This document shows, piece after piece, positions 40,586 to 50,131 of a DNA stretch of 64,000 nucleotides. Source of the DNA: Candidatus Xenobia bacterium (GTDB lineage: Bacteria; Vulcanimicrobiota; Xenobia; Xenobiales; QWHO01). Under the pieces are notes generated by a model, which saw nothing but the letters and a program-made list of their open reading frames with translations, did not search any database and was not told the origin of the DNA. Location: the NCBI GenBank assembly GCA_045863235.1, contig BTUM01000001.1, forward strand, positions 64,001 to 128,000. The letters run 5' to 3'. A program made the translations under genes and the position numbers. Every line of letters starts with the position of its first letter. Positions within the stretch are counted from its first letter, which is position 1.

Positions 40586-42104
40586 CTCGGCTCCTTTCCA
40601 AAGCAGCCCCCGTACGCCCCTTATGGTAGCAAAAATCCTCAGGCGGGTAAATCATTCTTGCCGTCACCGGTACGAATCTACCGGTGCCGAAAGCCTTCTC
40701 GCTGACCTTCAACCCGATGGGCCCCTGGCGGCGTTTGTGTTCCGAGCGCGCCAGTTCGGGTGACCAGGTCTGCTTCTGCACCAGCTCTTCGAGTTGAGGA
40801 GCAAGACTGGGGTAGTCAAAGGGGTCGACCTGGCCTTCGCTCAACTCGGCGCTGGGGGGTCGGGAGAGGATGAACTCGGGGATCTCCGGGTAGAGTCGGG
40901 CCAGTTGGTAGACCTGAGGCTTGGTCAGGTCGTTGAGAGGGCCCAGCGTGCCGCAAAGGTCTCCATACAGAGTGCCGTAGCCGAGCGTCAGCTCGGTCTT
41001 GTTGCTGGTGTTGAGCAGCAACCCGGAGCCCTGATTGACCCGGGCCATCAGGGCGACCATGCGCAGGCGGGCCTGCAGGTTCTCGGCCGCAGTCCCGGTC
41101 ACTCCCAGCAGATGCCGGGCCGGCTCGTAGATGGGCTCCAGGGGGACCACCTCGAGCTCGATTCCCAGCTGCGCGGCCAGCTCGGTCGCGCTTTCGGTGG
41201 AACGAGGGTCGGTGTGGCGCGACGGGAGCGCCAGGGCTCGGACCCGATCCGGGCCTAATGCCTCCACGGCCAGGCACGCTACCAGCGCCGAATCGATGCC
41301 TCCGGAGAGACCCAGGACGGCCTGTCGCACCCCGTTCTTGGCAAAGAACCCCCGGATGCCCAGGACCAGGGCGCGCCGCAGCTCCTCGCTCGGGCTCAGC
41401 TCCTGGAAAGGAGACACGGGGAAGTCGACCTCCTCCTCGAATCGCGGCAGGGCGCCCACCAGGTTGCCGGATTGGTCCAGGGCAAAGCTGCCGCCGTCGA
41501 AGATCAGCTCGTCCTGGGCCCCCACTGCGTTGCAATAGTAGACGCTTTTGCCCGTCCGTCGAGCTGCCTGCAGGCGCCGGGGGAAGATTTCCCTTCGATA
41601 GGGCGAGGCGTTGAGTGCGATCACCAGCCTGGAGTCGGTGCTGGGCAGATCGCCCCACAGGTCCTCGCAAATGCGCAGTTCGAAGGGCGGAAGTCCTGGC
41701 AGGCTCAGAACCTCGGCCTGCTGGCCCGGAATGAACCAGCGATTTTCATGGAAGACATCCTGGCCGGGCAGGAGGCGCTTGGCCTGCATCCCGATCTGCC
41801 GCCCCTGGTGAAGGAGGACGGCACCGTTGTACAGGCCTTGCTCGCAGCGCAGGGGGGTTCCCACCACCAGCGGCGGCCCCTCACTGGTAGCCGCTGTCAG
41901 CAGCTCCAGGGTGCGCTCTACGGCGGGCAGAAAGTCGGGCTCGAAGAGCAGGTCGCGCGGGGGGTAGCCGCTCAGGACCAGCTCGGGATAGACCACCAGG
42001 TCGGCCTGAAGGCGCTCGGCCCGGCGGTGGGCCGCCAGGATGCGCTCCAGGTTGCCGGCCAGATCCCCGATGCGGCTATCGATTTGCGCCATGCAGATGT
42101 TCAT
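40428..42104 (-). CDS. nadE: Glutamine-dependent NAD+ synthetase (nitrilase + synthetase domains)
   Basis: Glutaminase triad YPEL/AKRLLP/ICEDLW; SGGIDS, NLQAR, SNKTE, PSAEL. ATG 42104 overlaps the upstream TGA. Confidence 0.93.
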   Translation of the reverse strand: MNICMAQIDSRIGDLAGNLERILAAHRRAERLQADLVVYPELVLSGYPPRDLLFEPDFLPAVERTLELLTAATSEGPPLVVGTPLRCEQGLYNGAVLLHQGRQIGMQAKRLLPGQDVFHENRWFIPGQQAEVLSLPGLPPFELRICEDLWGDLPSTDSRLVIALNASPYRREIFPRRLQAARRTGKSVYYCNAVGAQDELIFDGGSFALDQSGNLVGALPRFEEEVDFPVSPFQELSPSEELRRALVLGIRGFFAKNGVRQAVLGLSGGIDSALVACLAVEALGPDRVRALALPSRHTDPRSTESATELAAQLGIELEVVPLEPIYEPARHLLGVTGTAAENLQARLRMVALMARVNQGSGLLLNTSNKTELTLGYGTLYGDLCGTLGPLNDLTKPQVYQLARLYPEIPEFILSRPPSAELSEGQVDPFDYPSLAPQLEELVQKQTWSPELARSEHKRRQGPIGLKVSEKAFGTGRFVPVTARMIYPPEDFCYHKGRTGAALERSRDGQPGAPSLHSAGGRSTDEPANASERPDRPGLRGGYSQQRSGSRGGLSGIAL

Positions 42105-42997
42105 GCCGCCAGCACCTCTCCACTCACGGCCTGCAGGAGGTTCAGGGCCGAGAGCACGGTGTGGCTGCGCAGGCACACCTCATCTCCCAGCATGAAGGTG
42201 CGATAGCCCAGCAGCAAGAGATGCGCGGCATCCCCCAGGTCGGCCGCTTCGGGCACCTCGCAGCGAGCGAGCGAGCCGAACAGCCGACTGGCTACGATGG
42301 CCCGCGGGTCGGCCTGCAGCACCTGGCGCAGAGCTCCCAGAACCCGATGGGGGCGGACGACCTCGACGTAGAGATCGCCTCGAGCGGCCATCAAGCGGCC
42401 GTGCCTCGGGCCGTGCCTTCGGGCGAACTCAAGTCCGCGCTGGGATTCGATCTTGCACACCACCTCGGCTCCCGGCAGGTGACGGTGCACCTCCGCCACA
42501 TCCTCCGGTCGTTCGGTGAAGCTCAGCATGACCTGGCTCATCCCCAGCTCTCGCATCGCCTCGAGGTACTCGCGGTCGGTCTGGGTCAGGGTTCCTTCCA
42601 CGGTCAGGTCGGAGGCCACCAGGTTGACCGATTCACCCGGCCCGATCAGCCGACGAGGGCCATCCTCGAGGATCAGACGGTCGCCTTCGGCAGCCACCAC
42701 CCGGGCCATTTCCCGGCCATCCGAGAAGAAAGCCGTGGCCGGAGCGGTGAACTGCACCCGGTGGCTGACCCGGACCTCGGTGAAGGGGGGGATGGCCGCG
42801 CCCACGACCCGGAGCTGGCGGGCCTTGAGGTCCACCCAGATCGGTTTGCCACAACTTGCCAGCCGGCGCAGGACAGGCCGCAGGTCGCCCTGGACCGGCA
42901 TCACAGTGTTGAGCCGCAAACCCTGAACCAGGGGGTGGGCGGCCACCTCCTCGAGGAAGGTGGCGTAGGGAGGAACCGTCACGATGGCGCCGATCAT
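42101..42997 (-). CDS. Pyruvate kinase-like barrel protein lacking the C-terminal domain
   Basis: RLN, DLKARQLR, KIES, MAARGDLYVE and MLGDE parallel PK motifs RLNFSH, DTKGPEIR, KIE, MVARGDLGVE and MLSGE. Confidence 0.78.
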   Translation of the reverse strand: MIGAIVTVPPYATFLEEVAAHPLVQGLRLNTVMPVQGDLRPVLRRLASCGKPIWVDLKARQLRVVGAAIPPFTEVRVSHRVQFTAPATAFFSDGREMARVVAAEGDRLILEDGPRRLIGPGESVNLVASDLTVEGTLTQTDREYLEAMRELGMSQVMLSFTERPEDVAEVHRHLPGAEVVCKIESQRGLEFARRHGPRHGRLMAARGDLYVEVVRPHRVLGALRQVLQADPRAIVASRLFGSLARCEVPEAADLGDAAHLLLLGYRTFMLGDEVCLRSHTVLSALNLLQAVSGEVLAA

Positions 42998-42999
42998 GC

Positions 43000-43914
43000 T
43001 CACCCCGCCCGGCGCGTGGTGCGCCCCCGGCGACGGGTCAGGGCGACCTCCAGGCCGCGGTCGACCCGAGCCACGGTGCCGCTCGACTGGCGGGCGGCCA
43101 GGTTGGTCTGGAAGTCGGCGTAGCATCCCCAATGACGGGCGATCAGTCCCATCGCATAGTCCACCGCGCGCTTCTCATCGTCGATGTGGAGAATGTGCTG
43201 CTCGCCCACGGCCTGGCTCCACTGTTGGTCCACGTGGTCGCCCGGACGGCCTGGCCGGCGCAGGAACCAGGCGTTGTAGCGGGTGGCCAGGGCTCTCCAC
43301 TCGGCCAGCCCATCGCTATCCTGGGCGGGGCGGTCTCCGATCACGTCGCGCACTTGAGCCGTCTTGACCTTGGGGTGCATGGGCGCGTCTCCGAACACGA
43401 TCAAGAAGGGCTTCTCCTCGGTGGGGGCCAGCGTGACGTGGTGATTGACCCACCAGGCGAAGAGCTCGTAGCTCTCGGGCTCGTCGCCCCCGCCACCTTC
43501 GCCGTAGATGGCCTTGAGCTGGGTCTCCAGGTTGAAGCCGCGCGAGAAGCTGGTCACCTGCAAGGGCCAGCGGTCGCAGTGGGCGTCACCGATGGCCGCA
43601 AAGCAGATCTCGAGATCGGGGCGATACTGCGACAGAGTGTTGTAGAGCAACGGCAGGCGGTCGAAGATCTCGGCCGGCCAGTGGGCCATCGAGCCGGTCA
43701 CGTCCACGGCCACGATCAGCGGATTCTTGGAAGTCGATTGCAGGCTCTTGGCCGGGCTGGTCAGGGCCTCATCGGGACGGTGGACTGCGTAAGTGCGGGG
43801 TCCGGCGGCGGCGGCTGCATGTGCTTCGCGGGCGCGAGCACCGGCGCGGGCCGAGTCGAAACGGTAGGCCCCCGGTCGGGCCCAGTCTTCCATCGAGTCA
43901 TCCCAGCTATACAT
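43000..43914 (-). CDS. vWA-domain protein
   Basis: MIDAS-type VAVDVTGSM, GGGDEPESY, IVFGDAP; AAAGGAG RBS. Confidence 0.8.
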   Translation of the reverse strand: MYSWDDSMEDWARPGAYRFDSARAGARAREAHAAAAAGPRTYAVHRPDEALTSPAKSLQSTSKNPLIVAVDVTGSMAHWPAEIFDRLPLLYNTLSQYRPDLEICFAAIGDAHCDRWPLQVTSFSRGFNLETQLKAIYGEGGGGDEPESYELFAWWVNHHVTLAPTEEKPFLIVFGDAPMHPKVKTAQVRDVIGDRPAQDSDGLAEWRALATRYNAWFLRRPGRPGDHVDQQWSQAVGEQHILHIDDEKRAVDYAMGLIARHWGCYADFQTNLAARQSSGTVARVDRGLEVALTRRRGRTTRRAG

Positions 43915-43942
43915 CGAAGGGGTGTCTCCTTTACACTTTATG

Positions 43943-43977
43943 ATTATACTCTACAGGAGCATAAGGTGATTTGTCAA
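43943..43977 (-). promoter_or_regulatory. Sigma70-like promoter of the vWA operon overlapped by a 21-bp NrtR-type operator (43944-43964)
   Basis: Minus strand TTGACA-N18-TAGAGT(ATAAT); palindrome TTATACTC-TACAG-GAGCATAA with CT-N7-AG core. Confidence 0.7.
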
Positions 43978-44022
43978 GTGTCAGAAGGACAAGAACTCGA
44001 CCGAGTGCAAAGTGGGGATCTC

Positions 44023-44913
44023 ATGCGGTTCGGGCTTCAAGCTTCCCGGGTGAGCACGCTCCAGGAGCTGCGCTCGACCCTGTCGTGGGCCGAGCAGTCC
44101 GGATTCGAGGCCGTTTACTGGCCTGACCATCTCATGGGCACGCCGCTGGCCGTCGGCCCGACCCTGGCCACGGCGGCTCAGCTCTCCAGCCGACTACGTC
44201 TGGGCAGTCTCGTCTACGCCAATGACTTTCGTCATCCGCTATTGTTGGCTCGCGAGCTGGCCACTCTCCAGCTCCTCTCGGGAGGGCGCATGGTATGCGG
44301 CCTGGGCACTGGCTGGCAGGAGTCGGAGTATCGGGCTACGGGTCTGGCGCTGGACCCTCCAGGCTTGCGCTTGAGTCGGCTGGAGGAGGCGGTGGCCCTG
44401 CTCAAACGAGCCTGGTCGGGCCAGACGTTCAGTTTCTCGGGAGAGCACTACCAGGTCAGCGAATTCGTCTGCTCTCCCAGTGTGGCGCCGCCGCTTCTGA
44501 TGTTGGGCGGGGGCGGACGCCGTTTGCTCTCGCTGGCTGCCCGCCAGGCGGACGGGGTCAATTTCAATGCCCGCCTGGGACCCGAGTTTGACCTGTATAC
44601 CGACCAGCGTCTGGCCGAGCAGGTGGAGTGGGTGCGCGAGCAGGCCGGTGGGCGCTTCCACCAGCTGCGGTTGAGCCTGCCTGTTTACTACGGTGCAGTC
44701 GGTCCTGACACGCGGGCGGCCCAGGAGGTGGCCGCCCTGGGCCGGGGCTTCACTCCCGAGCAGGCGGCTCGCAGCCCGCTCTTTCTCTTTGGCAGCCTGG
44801 AGCAGGTGCGCGAGCGGCTGTCCGAGTTGACGGAGCGCTTTGGCATCGGACAGGTGATCCTCAGCCAGTATGGTTGTGATCTCGAGAGCCTGGCGTCGGT
44901 TGTTTCAAACTGA
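44023..44913 (+). CDS. Luciferase-like (LLM) flavin/F420-dependent oxidoreductase
   Basis: AE..GF...WPDH, LGSLV.ANDFRHP.LLAR, LSGGR...GLG.GW, GGGGRRLL.LAA..AD. Confidence 0.9.
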   Translation: MRFGLQASRVSTLQELRSTLSWAEQSGFEAVYWPDHLMGTPLAVGPTLATAAQLSSRLRLGSLVYANDFRHPLLLARELATLQLLSGGRMVCGLGTGWQESEYRATGLALDPPGLRLSRLEEAVALLKRAWSGQTFSFSGEHYQVSEFVCSPSVAPPLLMLGGGGRRLLSLAARQADGVNFNARLGPEFDLYTDQRLAEQVEWVREQAGGRFHQLRLSLPVYYGAVGPDTRAAQEVAALGRGFTPEQAARSPLFLFGSLEQVRERLSELTERFGIGQVILSQYGCDLESLASVVSN

Positions 44914-45174
44914 CTCGAGGTCGTCCAGGTCGAAGCAGGCTTCTTCCCCCACATCCAGGCCAAAGTCAGTCAGCACTTCCTGGTAGAGCTCTTCAAACAA
45001 ACGGTCATGCGGCCCGGCTGCTTCGTCGGGATGGATCAGGGCGGTCAAACCGTCCAGGTAGGCTATCGCCTCGGGATATTCATCGCGGTGCGAGCGCGAC
45101 CATTCGGCGTAGCCGGGCAGGTCCAGCAAGCGCATCTCGCGCGATTCGGCCACGCGTCGCTCGAAATCGTTCAT
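44905..45174 (-). CDS. Small acidic hypothetical protein
   Basis: ATG 45174 after GAAGGGG; 89 aa, protein-like. Confidence 0.55.
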   Translation of the reverse strand: MNDFERRVAESREMRLLDLPGYAEWSRSHRDEYPEAIAYLDGLTALIHPDEAAGPHDRLFEELYQEVLTDFGLDVGEEACFDLDDLESV

Positions 45175-45339
45175 GGCTGCCCCTTCGGGTTGCTCGCGAG
45201 GACTCCCTGGCAGTGGAGGCAAGACCCGCATGGAGGGCCCCGGACGGACAAGCGTTTCGCAGCGGGAGCCGACAGGGATTTCGGCGAAACAATTCAGCAA
45301 GTTTCTGCGTCTAAGGATCGGTAAGTCCAGGAAAGAAGG

Positions 45340-46917
45340 GTGAAGTACGACTTGATAGCTACCACCACAATCCCCTCGCGGCTCCGCTCAGCCATGGTCC
45401 TCGTGTTGTTGCTGGCCAGCCTGGTGCCGGCCCTGGCGGCCGGCCCGTCCGACAAGGCCAAAGCCGGCGCCTCCATGGTCACCGAGCTGATGGGCCTGGT
45501 CCAGCGCGAATTCATCTACGAGACGACCGCGCCCAAGCTGGTCAACAGCACCATTGACGGCCTCAAGGCGGCCCTGAACGAGAAGAAGATCGACAGCGCC
45601 GAGCTCAAGCACGTGGAGGCCAACCTCTCCACCGAAGAGGCCTATACGGCCTTCACCAACCAGTTCGTGCAGATGGCTGCCCTTCACCCCGAGTTGATGA
45701 AGGATCAGTGGCTCACCTACACGGCCACTGTCTCCATGCTGAAGGTGCTCGACGATCCTTACACCGTCTTCCTGAGCCCGTCTGAGTATCAGAAGCTGAA
45801 AGAGCAGATGAGCGGAGGCAACTTTGGGGGCCTGGGGATCTACATCGAACTCGACGAGAAGAACGAAAAATGGCTCACCGTCGTCGAGCCCATCGAGGAC
45901 ACGCCCGCTTCCCGGGCCGGCCTCAAGCCTCGCGACGTCATTATCAAGATCGACGGTAAGTCCACCAAAGGGTTCACGGTCGATCAGGCCCAGTCCCATC
46001 TGCGCGGCAAGCCGGGGTCGGAGGTCATTTTGACCATCCGACGCAAGAACGCGGGCGACCCGTTCGATGTCAAGCTCAAGCGTGAGATCATCCAGGTGGC
46101 CACCGTGCGCGGAAACCTGGTCGAGGAGAAGGGTCACAAGGTCGGTTATGTCAAGCTGCGCCTGTTCGGCGAGAAGACCAACCAGGAGCTCGAGGCGACC
46201 ATGCGTGAGCTGGAAGCCCAGGGGGCCGAGGCCTTCGTGCTCGATATCCGCAACAACGGCGGTGGCTACATCGGCACGGCCGTAGATGTGTGTTCCAAAT
46301 TCCTGCCGACCGGCAGCCGGGTGGTCACCGTCAACGAGCGGGCTGCCGGCGAGACTCGCTATGACTCGCGTCCCAACATGCGCAACACGGTGCCTCTGGT
46401 CATCCTGGTCAACGAGTATTCGGCCAGCGCCTCGGAGATTACGGCCGGCGCGATCCAGGACCTTCAGGCCGGTAAACTGGTCGGCATGAAGACTTTTGGC
46501 AAAGGCAGCGTTCAGAAGATCTACCCTCTCCCGGACGGCTCGGCCATCAAGGTGACGACCGCCCACTACCTGACCCCCGCCGGCAAGGACCTGCACAAGA
46601 AAGGCGTCGAGCCCGACATCAAGGTCGAGATGCAGGGAGATAAGATTGGCACGCCCGAGGATGTGCAATTCAAGAAAGCCGTCGAGATCGTGCTCTCGGA
46701 GCTCCCCGAGACCGCTTCCACCGCTGGAAAGGTCTTCCCGGACGCCATCCGGGTGTCCAGCGTGGCCGAGCAGATGCACTATCTCGAGTCCTACCAGATT
46801 CTCGACCGCAAGGTTCGCAATCAGGACGGTTTCCTGCTCGAGGAAGTGCGGGTGAAGGACCCCTCTGGTGCTGAGAAGACCATCCTGTTCGACATCTCCA
46901 CCATGCTGGGTCAGTAA
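45340..46917 (+). CDS. Carboxyl-terminal processing protease (S41), paralog 1
   Basis: LDDPYT, PDZ GLGI, LDIRNNGGG, SASASEI, TFGKGSVQ. Confidence 0.95.
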   Translation: MKYDLIATTTIPSRLRSAMVLVLLLASLVPALAAGPSDKAKAGASMVTELMGLVQREFIYETTAPKLVNSTIDGLKAALNEKKIDSAELKHVEANLSTEEAYTAFTNQFVQMAALHPELMKDQWLTYTATVSMLKVLDDPYTVFLSPSEYQKLKEQMSGGNFGGLGIYIELDEKNEKWLTVVEPIEDTPASRAGLKPRDVIIKIDGKSTKGFTVDQAQSHLRGKPGSEVILTIRRKNAGDPFDVKLKREIIQVATVRGNLVEEKGHKVGYVKLRLFGEKTNQELEATMRELEAQGAEAFVLDIRNNGGGYIGTAVDVCSKFLPTGSRVVTVNERAAGETRYDSRPNMRNTVPLVILVNEYSASASEITAGAIQDLQAGKLVGMKTFGKGSVQKIYPLPDGSAIKVTTAHYLTPAGKDLHKKGVEPDIKVEMQGDKIGTPEDVQFKKAVEIVLSELPETASTAGKVFPDAIRVSSVAEQMHYLESYQILDRKVRNQDGFLLEEVRVKDPSGAEKTILFDISTMLGQ

Positions 46918-46919
46918 GG

Positions 46920-48266
46920 ATGCGTCACTATCGGGCCGGCTGGGTCGCGCTGATCCTGATCCTGTCGGTGGGCGGGTCGGCCTGGCTTTTCCAGGCCGCC
47001 TACTACCGGCTCCACCCGGCCGCGCCCGGGCCTCAGGGTCACGTGGCCCAGCTGCTCGAAGCCCTGGAAGGCGAATACGTCAAGCCCCTGACCCCGCTGG
47101 CCCTGCTCAAGGGTGGGGTCAAAGGGATGCGAACCGCTCTGGAGGATGAGAAAGTCTCTCTCAAGGATCTCCCGGCGCTGGTCGGGACCCGGCGGGAAGA
47201 GCTCTTGAAGAGCTTTGACGGCATCTTCGAAGAGTGTCTGCTGCGCTCGCAGGGCAAGCTGAGCCGGGAAGAGCTGACCTATGCCGCCCTGCGGGGCATG
47301 ATCGAGAGCCTGGACGATCCTTACTGCGACGTGATGACCCCCAAGGAGAATGCCGAGTTCGAGTCCGAGATGGCCGGCGGCAACTTCGGGGGCATCGGCA
47401 TCTACATCGAGGCCGATCCGCGTCATAACAATCGGCTCACCGTCACCGAGCCGATCGAGGGGAGCCCGGCCGAGAAGGCGGGCTTTCGGCCCGGCGACCT
47501 GATCGTCAAGATTGGGGACCGCTCCACCAAGAGCATGAGCGTAGAGGACGCCGCCAACCTGATCCGGGGACCGAAGGGCACCGAAGTCGTCGTCACCGTG
47601 CAGCGTCCGGGAGGAAAACCCCAGACGCATCGGCTCAAGCGGGCCACCATCCACGTCAGCAGCGTCAACTCCAAGATGCTGGCCAAGGACATCGGCTATC
47701 TGCGCCTTCGCATGTTTGGCGACGAGACCGACCAGGAGTTTGCCCAGGAGCTGGATGAGTTGCGTGAGAAAGGCGCCAAAGCGCTGATCCTGGATCTTCG
47801 AAACAATGGCGGCGGTTACGTGACTGCGGCCGAGTCGGTCTGCTCGCACTTTCTCGACAAGGGCCAGCTGATCGTCAGCGTGGTCAACAGCCGCACATCG
47901 CGCAACGAGAGCTACACCTCCAACGGCCGTGACCTGGAGCCGCTGCCGATGGTGGTGCTGATCAACCGTTTCTCAGCCTCGGCCTCGGAGATCACCGCCG
48001 GCTGCTTGCAGGACCATCAACTGGCCACTTTGATGGGCGAGACCAGCTACGGCAAGGCCAGCGTGCAGAAGCTGTTGGAGCTGGAAGATGGGGGTGCGGT
48101 CAAGTTCACCGTGGCCCACTACCTCACGCCCGAGGGGCGCGACATCCACCACAAGGGCATCGCGCCCGACATCAAGCTGGAAGATTCCGACATCGCTCCG
48201 GGGGAGGACGATCCCATGCTGCGGGCGGCTACCCGTCAGCTGGAAAAACGCCTGGTCAAGCTATGA
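46920..48266 (+). CDS. Carboxyl-terminal processing protease (S41), paralog 2
   Basis: LDDPY, GIGI, LDLRNNGGG, SASASEI, SYGKASVQ. Confidence 0.95.
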   Translation: MRHYRAGWVALILILSVGGSAWLFQAAYYRLHPAAPGPQGHVAQLLEALEGEYVKPLTPLALLKGGVKGMRTALEDEKVSLKDLPALVGTRREELLKSFDGIFEECLLRSQGKLSREELTYAALRGMIESLDDPYCDVMTPKENAEFESEMAGGNFGGIGIYIEADPRHNNRLTVTEPIEGSPAEKAGFRPGDLIVKIGDRSTKSMSVEDAANLIRGPKGTEVVVTVQRPGGKPQTHRLKRATIHVSSVNSKMLAKDIGYLRLRMFGDETDQEFAQELDELREKGAKALILDLRNNGGGYVTAAESVCSHFLDKGQLIVSVVNSRTSRNESYTSNGRDLEPLPMVVLINRFSASASEITAGCLQDHQLATLMGETSYGKASVQKLLELEDGGAVKFTVAHYLTPEGRDIHHKGIAPDIKLEDSDIAPGEDDPMLRAATRQLEKRLVKL

Positions 48267-50107
48267 GCCCCCTGGAGGTCTCCCTGCGCAGCCTCCCCGA
48301 CGCCCCCGGGGTCTACGTGATGCGCGACAAGCAACAGCGTGTGCTCTACGTGGGCAAGGCCAGCTCGCTCAAGAGCCGGGTGCGCTCCTACTTTCAGTCC
48401 GGCCAGGACCTGACCCCCCGCATTCGGGCCATGGTGCGCCGCGTGACCGGCCTGGAGACCTTCGTGGTCGCCAGCCCCATGGAAGCGCTGGTGCTCGAGT
48501 GCAACCTGATCAAGCAGCACCGTCCCTACTTCAACGTCAAGTACCGCGATGACAAGCGCTATCCGCTGCTGGAGGTAACCACCTCCGAGACTTATCCCCG
48601 GCTCAAGCTGGTGCGCACGCGCCGCAACAGCAAGAATCGCTATTTCGGGCCCTTTCCGGATGCCGGTGCCCTGCGTCGGACGATGAAGATCTTGCAGAAC
48701 GTCTTCCGAATCCGCACCTGTAAGATCCCGATGACCAGGGTGATCGAGCGGCCCTGTCTGGATTACTACATCGAGCTCTGCACCGCGCCCTGCACCCGCT
48801 TCGTGACGGTCGAGGAGTATGGCCGGCAGGTGGAGCTGGCCCTGGAGTTTCTCGAGGGCCACACCGACCGGCTGATGGGGACCCTGCGCCAGGAGATGGC
48901 CGAGCAGGCTCGGGCTCTGCAGTTCGAGCAGGCCGCCCGGCTGCGCAACATGCTGGCCGACCTGGAGCGGGTCAGCGAGAAGCAGCGGGTGGTGCTCTCC
49001 GAGCCCGAGGACGAGGACTACGTAGCGTTGGTGGCCCACCGTTCCGAGGTGGGAGTGCAGATCATGCAGGTGCGCGAGGGCAAACTGGTGGGCCAGCATC
49101 ACGTGATGCTCGAAACTCACGGTGAGCAGGACGAGTCGGCTCAGATGGCGGCCGTGCTCAAGCAATACTACCAGGTGGCGGGTTACCTGCCGCGGCGCAT
49201 TCTCACCAGTCACCCGCCCGAAGAGCCCGAGCTGCTGGCGGAATGGCTCAGCCAGCTGCGCGGCCGCCCGGTCGAGCTGCGAGTGCCCCAGCGCGGTGAC
49301 AAGAAGCGATTGATGGAGCTCTGCAGCGAGAATGGCCGTCAGGCGGTGCTGCGCGAGGCGCTCACCCCCTCACGCTTCGAGCGTCGCCGCAAAGGCCTGG
49401 AGGAGCTTCGCGAGGCGCTGGCTCTGGAGGAGCTGCCCTGGCGCATCGAGTGCGTGGACATCTCCAACATTCAGGGAAAGCAAGCGGTCGGCTCTCTGGT
49501 CGCTTTCGAGCACGGTGTGCCGCGTCGCGATCGCTATCGCCGCTTCAAGATCAAGACCAAGGACACGCCTGACGACTTCTGGATGATGGGCGAGGTGCTC
49601 ACTCGCCGCTTTACCGCTTTCCTGGCCGGCGATCCCAAGTTCAGCGAGCTACCCGACCTGTTGGTCGTGGACGGAGGAAAGGGCCAGTTGGGAGTTGCTC
49701 GGGGCGTGCTGGAGCGGTTGGAGCTGCTGGGAGCGGTGCAACTTTGCGCTCTGGCCAAGGAGAACGAGTGGCTCTTCGTGCCCGGCCAGAGCGACCCCAT
49801 CGTGCTGGCCCGGGGCACCGATGGCCTGGCTGTAGTGACCCACCTGCGCGACGAGGCCCATCGATTTGCCATCACTTACCATCGCAAGCTCCGCGGCCAG
49901 GCCTTCACGCGCAGCAGCTTGGAGAGCGCCCCGGGCATCGGCAAGGAACGCCGGGAGGCTTTGTTGCGCTATTTTGGTTCGCTCAGAAAGCTGCAAGAGG
50001 CCCCCGTGGAGGAGTTGGCCCGGGTGACCGGTATCGGCCAGCGTCTTGCGGCTACCTTGTATGCCCACCTGCATCCGGAAGAGGAGGCTGTGAGCGCAGG
50101 CTCCTGA
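48263..50107 (+). CDS. uvrC: Excinuclease ABC subunit C
   Basis: GIY-YIG (PGVY...YVGKA), UVR domain, RIECVDIS, DGGKGQ, RDEAHRFA, HhH. Confidence 0.99.
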   Translation: MSPLEVSLRSLPDAPGVYVMRDKQQRVLYVGKASSLKSRVRSYFQSGQDLTPRIRAMVRRVTGLETFVVASPMEALVLECNLIKQHRPYFNVKYRDDKRYPLLEVTTSETYPRLKLVRTRRNSKNRYFGPFPDAGALRRTMKILQNVFRIRTCKIPMTRVIERPCLDYYIELCTAPCTRFVTVEEYGRQVELALEFLEGHTDRLMGTLRQEMAEQARALQFEQAARLRNMLADLERVSEKQRVVLSEPEDEDYVALVAHRSEVGVQIMQVREGKLVGQHHVMLETHGEQDESAQMAAVLKQYYQVAGYLPRRILTSHPPEEPELLAEWLSQLRGRPVELRVPQRGDKKRLMELCSENGRQAVLREALTPSRFERRRKGLEELREALALEELPWRIECVDISNIQGKQAVGSLVAFEHGVPRRDRYRRFKIKTKDTPDDFWMMGEVLTRRFTAFLAGDPKFSELPDLLVVDGGKGQLGVARGVLERLELLGAVQLCALAKENEWLFVPGQSDPIVLARGTDGLAVVTHLRDEAHRFAITYHRKLRGQAFTRSSLESAPGIGKERREALLRYFGSLRKLQEAPVEELARVTGIGQRLAATLYAHLHPEEEAVSAGS

Positions 50108-50131
50108 GCGCTCGAGAGAGAACCAGTTCCC

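Noticed and set aside
43132..44022. N-terminal 297 aa of the 593-aa ORF 43132..44913
   Set aside because: Antisense to the vWA gene and crosses its promoter; LLM homology starts at ATG 44023.
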